Made by a program: the position numbers and the translations under genes. The notes under the pieces are model-generated. The model ran no database searches. It saw nothing but the letters and a program-made list of their open reading frames with translations, and was not told where the DNA came from. A DNA stretch of 64,000 nucleotides from Eledone cirrhosa (taxonomy: Eukaryota): positions 74,524,001 through 74,588,000 of the forward strand of contig OZ024741.1 in the NCBI GenBank assembly GCA_964016885.1. The letters run 5' to 3'. Below, one piece after another: positions 23,870 to 36,518 of the stretch. Each line of letters begins with the position of its first letter. The stretch's first letter is position 1.

Positions 23870-25035
23870 AATATTAGAAAGATGAAGGTGATAAGAAATG
23901 GTATAACATGTAGTGAGGTGGAAAGAACAGGAAGGTGGCTGTCTGCAGTGTGCAGGGTGTTGCTGTGAACTCCATTATGTATGCACTGAGTGGGTACATA
24001 CAAAATGTTGTGGTGTGAAGGAATTATTGAATAATGTGGCAGCAACATTTATGTATAAAATGTTTATGGAGGGAGCTATAGATACAGAGGATGTTGAGCT
24101 GGATCTTGGGAATGATGTGAAAATGGAAAGTGTAAAAATGCTTTGTTATCTTGTTAATTGAGAAGGTGGATCAGATTGTACAAAAGTATCTAAAATGAGA
24201 TGTGCACAGAAAAAGATCCAGGAACTAAGTAGTGTGTTATTGAAACAAAATGGAAAGGTATATGCTGCAAGTGTGTAAAATGACAAGATTTATGAGATTG
24301 AGACATGGGTGATGAACATGAAGCAGCAGAGAAAGTTGGAAAAAGCAGAAATGAAAATGCTCTGGTGGATGAATGGAATATCGCTAGAGAGAGGAAGACA
24401 AACAATGAATTGCAGCAGATGATGGAAACAGAGCCAGTTATGAATGGTGTGAAGAGAAAAGGAATGAAATGGTTGGGTCATATGTTAAATATGAAAATGA
24501 ATGGGTAAGAGAGTGATGGAAATGATTGTGGAAAGAAGGAAAAAACCAGGAAAGACATGGATGATGCAAGAGGAAGTAAAAGTGATGATATATCAAAATG
24601 GAGAAGTTTGGCATAGAGCCCATATGGCTAACTCCTGTCTTAGCAGGGCAAATGGCCTTAAAATACATATATAAAATTGTAACTAATGAGATTATGTTTA
24701 TTTCAATTGATGTGTAATGCATGAAAGATGAAGTATGGAGGATCTAAGTGAAAAATTAGGCATAAGAGGGATCAGATGTGTGCAAGATAGAAGATTGTGT
24801 TGGTATGGACATGTAATGTGTATGGATGATGATTGATGGGTGAAGAAGTGTTGTGTAATTCTAGTGGAAGTAAGCTGAAGAAGAGCTGAAGTGGTGAGAG
24901 TTAATCTCAAATAGCTGAACCACAAAGAGGAGATGATGAAGAAACACAGTAGGTGGAAAGAGGCTGTGCTGTAGAAGACTCACCCAACTTATGAGGGTAC
25001 AGAAAGGTGGACATAAAGCAGGATCATAATGATAA
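23870..25035 (+). pseudogene. Two decayed RTE LINE 3' fragments (~23870-24660 and ~24705-25035)
   Basis: Frameshifted remnants EWVHTKCCGVK (PHD finger), LCYL, KWLGHML, CWYGHVMCM and a (GAT)-like tail. Confidence 0.75.
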
Positions 25036-26079
25036 ACATCTAAAAATAAATATCATTGTATGAAGAAGCTAAGCTAACATTTATTAATAGTAATTTGGGA
25101 TTTGATAGGTCTGAAAAACAGAAAACCTTAATTGGTGATAAATGTTTTTATAATTTCTGTTTAAGTTTGACTAAACTGTTAATTTATAACAAAGAATAAA
25201 AAAAAAAACATACTTTCTTATTACCATATTTCTAATAATAGAAATACCCTTTTGAAAATAATCAAGACTTAGGAAGGGTTTAAAAATATAACTTTTGCAT
25301 AATTTGGCTGGAGAGTGAGACCTAATTTAGCAAATTAAGATGGAGAATTTTTAGATAAATAAAAATACTCTAAAACAAAGGGTGTAGAAACATGGGTGTT
25401 TTCAGGCAGTTTGGTATCAAAATGGTTAATAGACAAGAAACTTATCAAAACAATCAGTAACAAATCAACATTAACTGAATATACATTATTAGAATTAAAA
25501 CTAAAAATATTGAAACATACATTATATATACATACATATATACATATTAAAATGAAAATGTTTCTCATAAAAATATATACAATTTTTGGCCTTCAATAGA
25601 TACAATCTGCCTTACATTAAAACATCATCAAAGTTACTTTAGTAAGTCATAGAAAGAGTCAGAAGTCAGCAACATCATAGGGAAGCTCCCCTCTAACTCC
25701 TTCCTCTTCTCATCTTTATAGGAGGAGCCATTTGTTTTACTTATAGTTCTTTGATGTTGAATATTTTAACACATTTGTGTCATCTATACAATTTAGGGAG
25801 ACATCATTTACATTAGGGTCTCATTAAGTATTGTTATTGGTTTTTACTATAATGTCTAGTTAATGGTATTATAAACCAATTGTTAACCTTGTTACTTATA
25901 CTTCTTCATTGAATAAGTTATTGTTTCATATCAATGAAAAACTGACTAATATAAAAAACTGTAAATTTTAAAACAGTGGATACAGATAAATACAAATAAG
26001 TAAATAAGTGTTGATGTTCTTTCTCTTTTACTCACTGCATCCATCTCTCTCACTCTCCCCATCTCTCACTATTATAAGC

Positions 26080-26405
26080 AAATGGGAGCTCATGTGCTAG
26101 CTGCCTTGCAGACCCAGTGGACAGAATAGAGTGGATCCGTAGTGACATTTGTGTGGATCGTAGATCTGGAGGCTGAGCCTCAGGGAACTTGCAGGCTATC
26201 ATTATCCAGTTGCATGCTAGTTGAAAAGGAGGCTATGCTACACTGGCTAGCATCCCATATACTCTGGGGATGGGGAGGGGGTGATGTCTACAGGGGGAAG
26301 AGGAAAAGGGATGTCTACTGAGTGGAGTCCAAGCCAGTTCCACGTATCGCAGGTGACCTCGTGTTCCTAGATCACAGCAAACACCTTAACCACACAGCCA
26401 TGCTT
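26080..26405 (-). mobile_element. SINE-like element: family-C tRNA head followed by a GC-richer body
   Basis: Minus strand begins CATGGCTGTGTGGTTAAGGTGTTTGCT; the body is unlike the other family C copies. Confidence 0.4.
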
Positions 26406-27009
26406 GTACCAGATGGAGAAATTTAGAAATGTTTTGACTTAATGAATATTTTACCATACAGTGTCTTGTTAGTGAAATTTAGCAAACAGAAACCTCATAT
26501 AATAAACATTTCAAAATGTAATTAAACCAATCAATAGAAACTAGAAAAAAATATAATTCTTAAAATATATTAACAAAACTTCCCCAGAACTGTGTGGAAA
26601 TAGCTTTTAATAAGACATGTAAGAAATATATTTTTGTTTGGCCTCTTTTGCAGATGAAAGAAGAAAAGATGAACACTATAGTATAACTGAAGATAACAAA
26701 AGTTTTAATGCCCAGTTGTTTGAGCCTCAGTAAATGTAAGGTGTAAGATTGGGTGTAAGTAATTCAATTTAACACTTTTATTACTAATTTTCTAACAAAA
26801 GGGATTGCTTATATTTTTAAAGTTGTTTCGAAAATAATCAAGAATTTAAAACTAATATAATTATTATTAAGCTGGTGTTTGAACCAAAACTTAAAGATTC
26901 TTAGATAAAAGTATAGTGGAAGGCTTTAGATAAATATATTTTCAAATAAACATTGTATGACAACATGGAAAAGTTAGTAATTACTGAAAAGGTTGTATAA
27001 GTTATATAA

Positions 27010-27232
27010 CAATAATAATGATTTCTATAGGCACCATGCCAGCAATTTTGTGGGAGGGAAAAGTCGATTAAATCGAACCCAGTGCATTACTGGTGCTTTA
27101 TTTTATCACCCCGTAAGGATGAAAGGCAAAGCTAACCTCGGCGGGATTTTAACTCAGAACGTAAAGGGCCGTAACTCTGTTTCGTGAAGCATGGTGTCCA
27201 ATGCTCTACTGATACTGCCAATCCACCGCCTT
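27010..27232 (-). mobile_element. SINE family A, long variant
   Basis: Family consensus plus the extra segment TTTGTGGGAGGGAAAAGTCGATTAAATCGA. Confidence 0.85.
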
Positions 27233-27261
27233 TGTTATAACAACAACAACAACAACAACAA

Positions 27262-27470
27262 CAACAAAATTGAACAAGTACAAAAAACTTGAAATAAAAA
27301 TTGGCAAAATGTGAAAACTCAAAACTAGAACAATACCAATAGTTGTTGGTACCTGATGGGCTGATTATTACCTGTCTCAAATCCTAAGAAACCCCGAAAT
27401 TAAAGAAATTCAGAAAATAGTACTCATGGAGACTGTTCATATCTTACGAAAAATATTGTCAATGTAATTC
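27262..27470 (+). mobile_element. R4/Dong 3' fragment
   Basis: Translates to KYKKLEIKIGKM..LKTRTIPIVVG..GLI...KEIQKIVLMETVHILRKILSM* (RLE end); preceded by (AAC)n. Confidence 0.75.
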
Positions 27471-28004
27471 CAAAACAATCTTTTTCACATATCAAAAGCA
27501 CTTTTAAAAGTACATAATAGCAAACATCATTTATCGTTAATTTATTGACAGACATTTTGTAGAACAATACTTCTTTCGAACCCAAGGCACACAATTAAAA
27601 TACAAACCCCTATCACCTAACCACATTCTTCCCCAAAAACATGGCAGTTATCAAGCATCCTAGTCATAATATCCACCAGAACTTAAAACTTAAAACACAA
27701 TGCAAAATCCAAACATCAAAATAATAATAATGAATATTTTTGCTAGGGCATATGCACATCATGTAAATTAGACTAGCAATTTCAGCTATACTTTAAATTC
27801 TGCTAGACATAAATAGTATTGCTAAAATAACATTCCTTTGTATACAGAACCATGAGGGTAGTTGTCAAATAATGAGGAGTCAAAAATATCTGGAATGGAT
27901 AATGGTAATATCTTATGTTTTTCTGTGTCCAGGGGAATAGTGGAAAGTATTCACATTCTATTCTTTTCAAAGTCATCTAATTCAAAAACTGCAGTTATAT
28001 CTAC

Positions 28005-28259
28005 ATATACCATTTCATTATAATATTTCTAATAAAAAAACACTACCTATGATTTTGATAATCATTAAGAATTTGATAATCATTAAGAATAATCATTAAG
28101 TCTTTCTCATTATTAAGCTGTCTGGAACATAAAAAGGTTCTTACATAAAATTATGATAGAAGGTTTTTAGATAAATATAAACACTTCCAATACAAAGAAT
28201 TTTGTATCATATATAGAACCAGGGGGCAGTTTCAGGTGGGTTGGTATCAAAAGAGTTAA
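28005..28259 (+). mobile_element. piggyBac-type MITE (family 1)
   Basis: Family motifs present; ends GGTATCAAAAGAG-TTAA. Confidence 0.65.
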
Positions 28260-28631
28260 ATTTTTACATATCACACGTTTGGTTTCAGCTTGCTTCTATC
28301 ACATTATACCCAGTCAACTTTATCTTTTGTCCCTTATGAAATCAATGAATTAGGAAGCAGCAAAAGTATGTAAAAAATGCAAAAATAGTACAAATAAATA
28401 CAATTTGCATATGAATTGTAAGAAAACAAAACATCCGAAATGACTGAACTATTTGTCAACTGTTATTGTTTTCAAATAGGTTAGCTCATTTGTTACCATA
28501 TTTCTAATCAAGAGAGACTGTCTGTGATTTTCAAATAATTCTTTTTTAAATGGATGTAAAAACAATGATGATGAAGTAATTGGAGGGATTTAGTAAAATA
28601 GCTTCCACTTCATTAAGCTGATATTTCTGAA

Positions 28632-29356
28632 TGCCAGTTGCTTTATGTGCCACACAGAGCTAAACCTCATCAACAAGAGAGCTTTGGCCTGGGCAAGCAT
28701 TCCCTCAATTTTGGAACCATCTGGGTTGTCTAGAATTGATGGGACAAAACCTGATCGTCTTACTCTCTGCTCCTGGTAAAGAGGCAGGTGCCTTATCTGG
28801 GACAACACAATTAGTTACTCTTTTGCTTCTATCCACACCCTTGATGCAGCGGTTAGGGCGAGAGCTACAGCTTCTGCAGCCGAATGGAACAAAATCCTGA
28901 AATACCGTGATCTGTCAGTTAACAACATTTTCCAGCATGTTGCATTTGAGACGTTTGGGGGAGTCAGGCTACTGACTCCGAGGTTCTTATCTTCACTGGC
29001 GGCTTGCCTTACAGAGGTAACTGGTGATGCTTGTGAGGTAACACTGAGGTAACGCTGTAAGTATGCTGGCTTGCCTAAAAAATTATTAGAGAGGTTTCCA
29101 ATTGCTCCTTGCGATATCGTTTTCCTTTGCTCTGGTAGCAGTTTGTTTGCCCACCCCTTTCACCTGCCTTTTGCTGTATGTGGTTCTAAATGTATGTATT
29201 ACCTGCTTGTGTGTTTTTTCCTTCACTTTCTCTTTCTTTTTTTCCTTTCCCTTTTCTTTCTTTTTTTATCTTTCTATTTGTAATATGTTGACGGTTACGC
29301 CTTAAAATGAATATTCAGTATATAAAAATATATACAATCAAAGCAAAAAAAAAAAA
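28632..29356 (+). mobile_element. CRE-clade non-LTR retrotransposon 3' fragment (restriction-like endonuclease) inserted in a family-1 MITE
   Basis: From 28651: HTELNLINKRALAWASIPSILEPSGLSRIDGTKPDRLTLCSW*RGRCLIWDNT...AAEWNKILKYRDL...VAFETFG...TGDACE...GNAVSML, then a T-rich UTR and an A run. MITE sequence stops near 28631 and resumes near 29357. Confidence 0.8.
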
Positions 29357-30389
29357 TCTAACAAATGTTTTTACATATAATTATGATGAAACATTTTTAG
29401 ATAAATATAAAAATAGGGGTCGTTTCAGCTAGTTAAGTATCAATAAAGCCACAATTTCAATTTGATAGCAATGGTAAAGAAGGTCAAAGCAAAAATATAT
29501 TCAAATTTACTGTTAATTACTTAAATCTTAACGTCCTGTAATGATTTACAATAAATTAACTAAAAAGAAGTTTGGTTAATTCAAATCTTTATAGTATTGT
29601 GAAATGTTGCAGTAAACTAAAGACTAATTTTTAATGTGATGCAGTCATAGTGCTGTTTTGTATTTTTCAAGAATGTCTTTTAATGCAGATTCATGTGTAC
29701 AGCATGTTAAAAGTTAAGAATATAAAAGATTTTAAGAACAAAAATTAAATCTTGTAACAACATTTTTCATAATAGTTAGCTCTATATAATTATAATTTTT
29801 TTCCTTCTTTCTCTTTATCTTCCTTGCTGTTTGGTTAAGAAATTTATAAAATGTAATGTTTTTAAAAAAATAGCTCTGATATATTACTTTTTTCTTTCTT
29901 TCAAAAAATATCTTATAAACTAGAATTTCCACATACAGAAGACACATTTCAAATTTTACAATTAGTTATTTTTTAAGAGATTCTGTTTGTGAGAAAAATA
30001 AACAGATTTAAATCCCAGAATACTGGTTTCCGAAATATGAATGAAATTTGATAAACAGAAACTGTGGTGAGGCCCATAAGATTACATGTATACACATACA
30101 TATATATGTGTGTATACATATGTACATACATTTATATTTATGCATTAAATTCCTTTTTCAATATCTGAATTAAAATCCCCTTGGTCAAGACTGAGCATAG
30201 GTTCACAAATGGATAGTTCCTTTTGAAGGTGTAAGCCTAGACAAGTTATTTTGTGTAATATCATCAGTTGCCCATGCATGCAAGTCTACCTTCTCCATAT
30301 CACCGAGGGAAAGGCAATGTCACCATACAGCTTGACAGGGAGTCAGAACAAATACCAGGAAGAAATTTTATCTGACAGTTCAACATAAA

Positions 30390-30758
30390 ACATTACCATA
30401 TTTCTAATGAAAGAGACTGCTTACGATTTCGAAGTAATTTGAATATAATCAAGAATTAGGGATTTAGTAATATAACTAATTTTCTTATTATTTAGCTGGT
30501 ATTTGGAAAATATAAACATTTTAACCTTTTTGCTATCATATTTCTTACTACCTATGATTTTCAAATATTTTTGAAAATAATCAAGAATTTAAAGGGATTT
30601 AGTAATTTAATTAACTTTCTCATTATTAAGTTAGTGTTTGGAATATAATAAATATTTTTACATAAAATTATGATAGATGTTAGCTACATTTTAAAATAAA
30701 CAATTTTATATTGTAGAAATGCAGTTGGTTTCAGTTGGTTTGGTATCCAATGTGTTAA
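30390..30758 (+). mobile_element. Two adjacent family-1 piggyBac-type MITE copies
   Basis: TTACCATATTTCTAATGAAAGAGACTG start; second start TTAA-CCTTTTTGCTATCATATTTC near 30521; end GGTATCCAATGTG-TTAA. Confidence 0.65.
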
Positions 30759-30867
30759 ATAATAAGTCATCTTGTTCTAATGAAAGAACATCTAGGTCAT
30801 TGTTTCTGATGATTCAAAACAAATTTACTCAGTGACACATGCTAGTGAGAAGTAAGTGAATCTAGTT

Positions 30868-31375
30868 CAGTGGTCTCCAAACTTCATTTTACAATATGAA
30901 TCCCAAATATTACTGGATTTCTCTTTAAATTAAAACCTTCCAATATATTTTGATATCAGAATCATTTATTAAATTATGTTACAAATACCATCTTAATAAT
31001 GAATAATTTCAATAAATCTTGCCAAATTCTTAACTAATCCTAATACAGTGTATTTCATTTAGTGTTCAACTAATACAGTGTATTTCATTAAGTGTTCAAC
31101 TTGATGTTTCAGAATAAAAACCTCAAATATTATTGAGATATTTATAAAGAACCCTAAAACTTGATAATAGAAAGACAATATAGGTACACATTATCCTCTT
31201 TATTATTGCAAATTATATTATTTCATAAGAGGATATCATCAAGCTTTAGAATGTCATGAAAAACTGTCAGACATTACAGACAAACTGTGTAGGAAGCCTT
31301 GTTTCCCCATGAAACCCCAGAATATTTTAATGAACACTACTTTGGGCTTGTATGAATCCAGTTTGGAGACCACTG
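30868..31375. mobile_element. hAT (Charlie/Buster-like) MITE
   Basis: Perfect 16-bp TIR CAGTGGTCTCCAAACT / AGTTTGGAGACCACTG; 8-bp TSD ATCTAGTT / ATCTAGTC with central TA. Contains a 30-bp tandem duplication at about 31040-31100. Confidence 0.9.
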
Positions 31376-31654
31376 ATCTAGTCCACAAATATAGTTTCTA
31401 TTGAAATACTTCTCTAGAACTGAGTTTAGTTCTTAGTGCTCCACAAATTCTGTACATAAATATTGATTTCTTTAAACAACTTAATATCTTAACATTTTCT
31501 AAATCATATCTTATTTTCCAATATTCTATTGGCTAGTTGTCAGGAATACTAAATTTATGTTGTAGCCATTTGTTTTCCCAGAATTGGTTTACAATGGAGA
31601 TACTGTTACAAAATATTGGCAATTTTCAATCTGAGATCCAAGAGTTTAGCAACA

Positions 31655-32200
31655 GTGGCTGTGTGGTTAAGACAGTTGATTTGCAACTGCACAGTTTCAG
31701 GTTCATTCCCACTGCTTGGCACCATGAGGAAGTGTCTTCTACTCTAGCATCGGGTTGACCAAGTCATCCAGCTGAAGAAAGCCTGCCAAACAAAAGGTTG
31801 GGAGGACTCTCCAATTGTGTCAAAGACACGACAACCTCTCCTGCTAGTGCTATAAGAAAATGCACTTCGTAGAACGCAGAACCGTATGTAAGCGTGATAT
31901 GAACCTCCAGCTTGTCTGGGAGGTCTGTGGCCCAGCTTCAGTACAGACCCAGTCTGTGAAGATCTGTTCAACCCTTATTAGCAGTAAAGTGGATGTCAAA
32001 TGATGATGATGAAATGTGTGCATATGTCCATGTTTATGTTCGATTATGTCCTGTAACTTAGTGGTTTGACAAAAAGAGATCAATGAAATAAGTACCAGAT
32101 TTGAAAAAGAATAAGTACTAGGGTCGATGTGATCAATTAAATTTCCTTGAAGACAGTGCCCCAGCATACCTACAGTTTAATGATTGAAACCTATATAAGA
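31655..32200 (+). mobile_element. SINE family C interrupted by an RTE-tailed element (~31765-32012)
   Basis: Head GTGGCTGTGTGGTTAAG...GGTTCATTCCCACTG. The insert ends GTGGATGTCAAATGATGATGATGA (relatives at 36285-36510 and 39960-40350). The family C tail resumes at about 32030. Confidence 0.7.
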
Positions 32201-33276
32201 ATATTACATTTTTTACTGTCACTGGAGTGAAATTGGGTAAATGGAAACTGTGCGAAAGCCTGCTGAATGAATTGTACTTATAATTTAAAGATCCAACCTT
32301 TTTATATATTCTGTCATACTGATTCTGTCTGAGAATTGTGTTAAGGATACACATGTCTGTGGAATACTGAACCAATTACATGTTGGGTGATCTGTTCTTG
32401 AATGACTGAATACTCATCATTGAAACCAATGGAATGTCTTTCATAATATTGGTAATTCTTATGAAAGCATTTTTGAAATTGAAATTTCTTCTTAAATTTT
32501 GTTCAACAAAAGGAGATAACTACTCCTTAAAAACATTATATACAAATTCATGGATGATTATTATCAATTTCATTTTTGTGAAAATGTCAATGGATATAAG
32601 TGGTATATGCTACATACCAGAATGGTATGTAGTACCCCCCCCCCAAAAAAAAAACAAAAAACAAAAAAAACAACACTTAAGATTAAAACCATTGTCTTCA
32701 TATATCTGGTAGTGAAACATCATTTATGAACCCTACTGACAAGTGTCATTTAGTTACATTTCAATAACAAAGTAAGAAATATTTGAAAAATGGAATTAAA
32801 AATGATTTAATTCAATAAATCATATGCATATAAAAAGAATAAGAAAACAAATTTATTCGGGAAATATATTTTTCCCCCATAAAAATGGTATTGATAAAAA
32901 AAAAAAAGAATATGAATTTACAAAAAACAAAACATTTCCAGTTCACATTTCATTTTTTGGTTATATGAAAAACGTATCCAGAATATAGAAAGAGAAAACG
33001 TGTTTAACCAAATCTATTAACAGTTTCTCTCACATAAATCACACACAGTTATTTTAACACCATGGAATATGTTACAGAAAATATAACTCATTCAAAATGT
33101 TAAACTAAAGATATTTGAACACTAGCAATACACAAATTATGCATATATACACAAACACACACCACCAGCTAACATAAGATTACATGTTCAAAGGTTTAAA
33201 TATGAACACTTTAAAATAAGGAGTTATATATGAAAACCATAGGCAGCTTGAGATGGATTAGAATCAGCAGGATTAA

Positions 33277-33514
33277 CCCTTTCACTACCATAATACTAAT
33301 GAAAGACACTGCTTATGATTTTCAAATAATTTAGGAAGTATTCAAGAATTTGGAGAGATATAATAATATAATCAACTTTCTCTTTATAAAGCTGCTGTTT
33401 GGAACATCAGTAAGCAACGTTCTTCAGATCCAATTATGATGAAAGGTTTTAGATAAATATAAACTCTTTAAAACAGATCTTTGTATTGTAGAGCCAAAAG
33501 CAGTATAAAAAGGG
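33277..33514 (+). mobile_element. piggyBac-type MITE (family 1), best-preserved ends
   Basis: TTAA-CCCTTT ... AAAGGG-TTAA. Confidence 0.85.
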
Positions 33515-33758
33515 TTAAGCTCCAATAATAATAATTTCTTATGCTTCTCAATTCTTTACAGAGGAGATATTGGTAAGTACAGTATATTGCATGTGATGTG
33601 TCGACAACATCTCAGTTTTGCACCTTGCTTCATTGAATGGTTCCTGGTTGTCTGTAAGTGTATTGTCATATTGAATTATTGTAATTTGAAACTATGTCTG
33701 TCTAGTCAGCTTTTATTTCATTGGTTATGAGACTGCTATTTATCACTTTGAAGTTTAA

Positions 33759-34143
33759 CTCTTTCATTAATGTATTTCTAATGAAATACACAGCCTATGT
33801 CTTTTTGAAAATATACATAAATTTAGAGGAATTTAATAAAATAACTAAGTTCAAATTAAGCAAGGTGATATTTAGAATATCACTTAACAAAAATTTCTAA
33901 AATAAAATTGCGATGAAAGATTTTAATCTTAATATGGCATTAAGAAGGGCATCCAGCTATAGAAACCAAGCCAATGTACAAATCCATATGAGCAAGATGT
34001 AGTCACCTGATTTGACTCATCTCACAATGTGACAACCCAGGGAAAATAGACATCAAATGGAGATGATGATGATAAACATTTTAAAATTAGCAGTCTAGTA
34101 TCATAAATCTGGGGCAGTTTCTGATAGTTTGATGTCAAAAGGG
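33759..34143 (+). mobile_element. Family-1 MITE containing an RTE 3' tail insertion (~33932-34072)
   Basis: TTAA-CTCTTT ... AAAAGGG-TTAA; internal AGAAGGGCATCCAGCT...GATGATGATGAT. Confidence 0.8.
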
Positions 34144-34334
34144 TTAAAACACCAAATTTGTTTCAGAACAAAAAGCATACTAAGTCCATCTATCGATACA
34201 AGAGCCCTTAATTCTTGATGAACTCCTTTTTCTAACTCTTGACTCACCTATATTTTACATTTATGAACAGAAGTTAATATCTAGTTTTACCACTTGTGTA
34301 TTAAATTGGGCAATGCCAGTAATGTGTACAGTTT

Positions 34335-34474
34335 AAATAATGAATAAATAATAAATAAATAATGAAATTATTGTGTACAACGCTCAGGTGCACTACAACT
34401 CGTCAAAGGTGCATGTATAGTACATAGAATAATATACAAATGTCAGGGAAGTGAATAGTGTATGAGTCATGATA

Positions 34475-34514
<40 letters not shown>

Positions 34515-34687
34515 GAGGGGGAATATTAGGTGTAGTGTTGGCGAATCTCAGGAAGCATGGAGGTTTTAAAGGATGCAGTGTCTCGACAGCTAATAACTGA
34601 TACAGGTAGTTTGTTCCATGCTTCAGCAACTCTGAGCGTGAAAAAATGTTTCCGAAAGTCATGGGAGCTGTGCTGTTTTCTGACTTT
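34335..34687 (-). mobile_element. CR1/L2-group LINE 3' end
   Basis: Minus strand KVRKQHSSHDFRKHFFTLRVAEAWNKLPVSVISCRDTASFKTSMLPEIRQHYT* (stop 34526-34528), matching the FFxxRVxxxWNxLP...SFK motif; UTR with CA repeat and an ATT-rich tail. Confidence 0.85.
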
Positions 34688-35845
34688 AGCAGAACAAAAC
34701 TTTTCTATCTGAACTCATAACATCCAGTAATAATTTAGCAGAAAATATCTAAAAATAGTTGTTAATTCAAATGTTTGTAGTATTTTTACTAATGGACAGA
34801 GCATTGTGAAAAGTGTAATATTTTAGTAAAGACTTTATTTTTTAATGTGATGCAGTCATAGTTTGGTTTCATATATTTCAAAGAATGTCTTTGCTAATTC
34901 GACTTTTTGAGGTACTGGGCATTAATAGTTAAGGAATATATTCTATGTTCTACACATGGAAACCTCTGTAATGAACTCAACATTCCTGCTTGTATTGTTA
35001 TTGTTACAGCTCACAACTGGGTTGCATTTCATGAGATTTTTGAGGGGGGTTTTAATAATAGGGGCTTCTGTCCATTGCAGAGGTTAAACTGTAGCTGCTA
35101 GTACTATTTTTCTTTATCTGAGAGGACTGGCACCTTGAGAAATGAAGTGCCTTACACAATGTTCTGCCTCTCAAGGAATCAAGCTCACAACCTTATGATT
35201 GTGAGTCCATAACTTTAACCACTAGGCCACACACTTTCACACCAAGTTTCATTATAAAATGGAAGATACCAATGCTCTGTAGAATGTTTGTGAAAGAGGT
35301 TTCAAAATGCAGACCCCCCCCAAAAAAAGTTAGAGATACAAATAGAAGTATATACAAATAAATAAAACTTTGTGTAGGAAACACTGATGACAATGAAAGT
35401 AATTGTAACAGTATAGAATATATATATATGTTTGTGTGTGTGTATATATATATTTTCCTATTTTACTTATACAAAAGTAGAAAATCATTATCCATTATCA
35501 GTCATTTTTACAATTCTTTCTTCGCCTCATACCGGTTCCATAGCTTCCGTCTACTTCATTTTGTCCTCCAATATTCTTCATTTGCTTCAGACGTATTTAT
35601 AAAACACTGAAAAGACCTTGGGGCTAGGACCAAGATTACATTTAGAGCTCTAATGATTGATTTTTCTTTTGCCTGACTCATTCTAGTTATTGAAGCATTT
35701 CAACCTCATATAATAAATTGCTTTATACTGACACTTTTCATGTTGTTCTGATTTATTTTTGTTTTGATTTTTCTTTTTAAATTTACAAACAGTAGGTCAC
35801 ATGAAGTAAAAAGCACAATATAAACTAATTTTTGTATTGCATGTT

Positions 35846-36178
35846 GGAGGCACATGGCTTAGTGGTTAGAGCATTGGCCTTGCAATCAAAAGGTTCTGAG
35901 TTCAATTCTCAGACCGGGTGATGTGTTGTTTCCTTGTGCAAGACACTTTATTTCACATTGCTCCAGTTTACTCAGCTGTAGAAATGAGATGATAGGGACT
36001 GGGGTCCATATCATTCCACTGCAAAGTGGTCGTGGAGGTGCCACGGCAAAAAAGCACCCAGCACTCACTGTAAATGAGGTTGGTGTTAGGAAGAGAAATC
36101 AAGCCAGAATCAGTTCCCGTCCCACCCTTGCAAGCAGGGAAAAAGCGGATGTAAAATGAATGAATGAATGAATGAATG
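35846..36178 (+). mobile_element. Full-length SINE family B (tRNA head, CORE-like body, RTE 3' UTR-derived tail)
   Basis: A box TGGCTTAGTGG, B box GAGTTCAATTC, core TCCTTGTGCAAGACACTTTATTTCACATTGCTCCAG, RTE-shared GTGGTCGTGGAGGTGCCACGGCAAAAAAGCACCCAGC, and (GAAT)n tail. Confidence 0.9.
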
Positions 36179-36518
36179 TTATAAAAATAGACAAACTTAG
36201 AAGTATTCAGTAATATTCAGAGTTTTGAAGGTTTGTTTCTTCCATTAGCAAATATTATTATTAGATTCATATATATATATATAGCTGCCCATGCAGCCAT
36301 AGAAAGCTAGCCAAACAAAGGGTTGGGAGGACTCTTCAGTTGTGTCTGTGTCATAGGCATGACAGCGTCTTGTGTGATGGTGCATTTGGTAGAATGTGGA
36401 GCTGTATGTAAGTGAGATGCAGACCCCTGGCTTGTCTGGTAGGTCAGTAGCCCAGCTTCAAATATGTGAAGACCTGTCCAACCCTAGCTATCAGGGAAAG
36501 TGGATGATATATATATAT

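Noticed and set aside
35846-35915. tRNA gene
   Set aside because: A/B boxes continue into a SINE body and there is no complete cloverleaf; the same holds for all family A and C heads.
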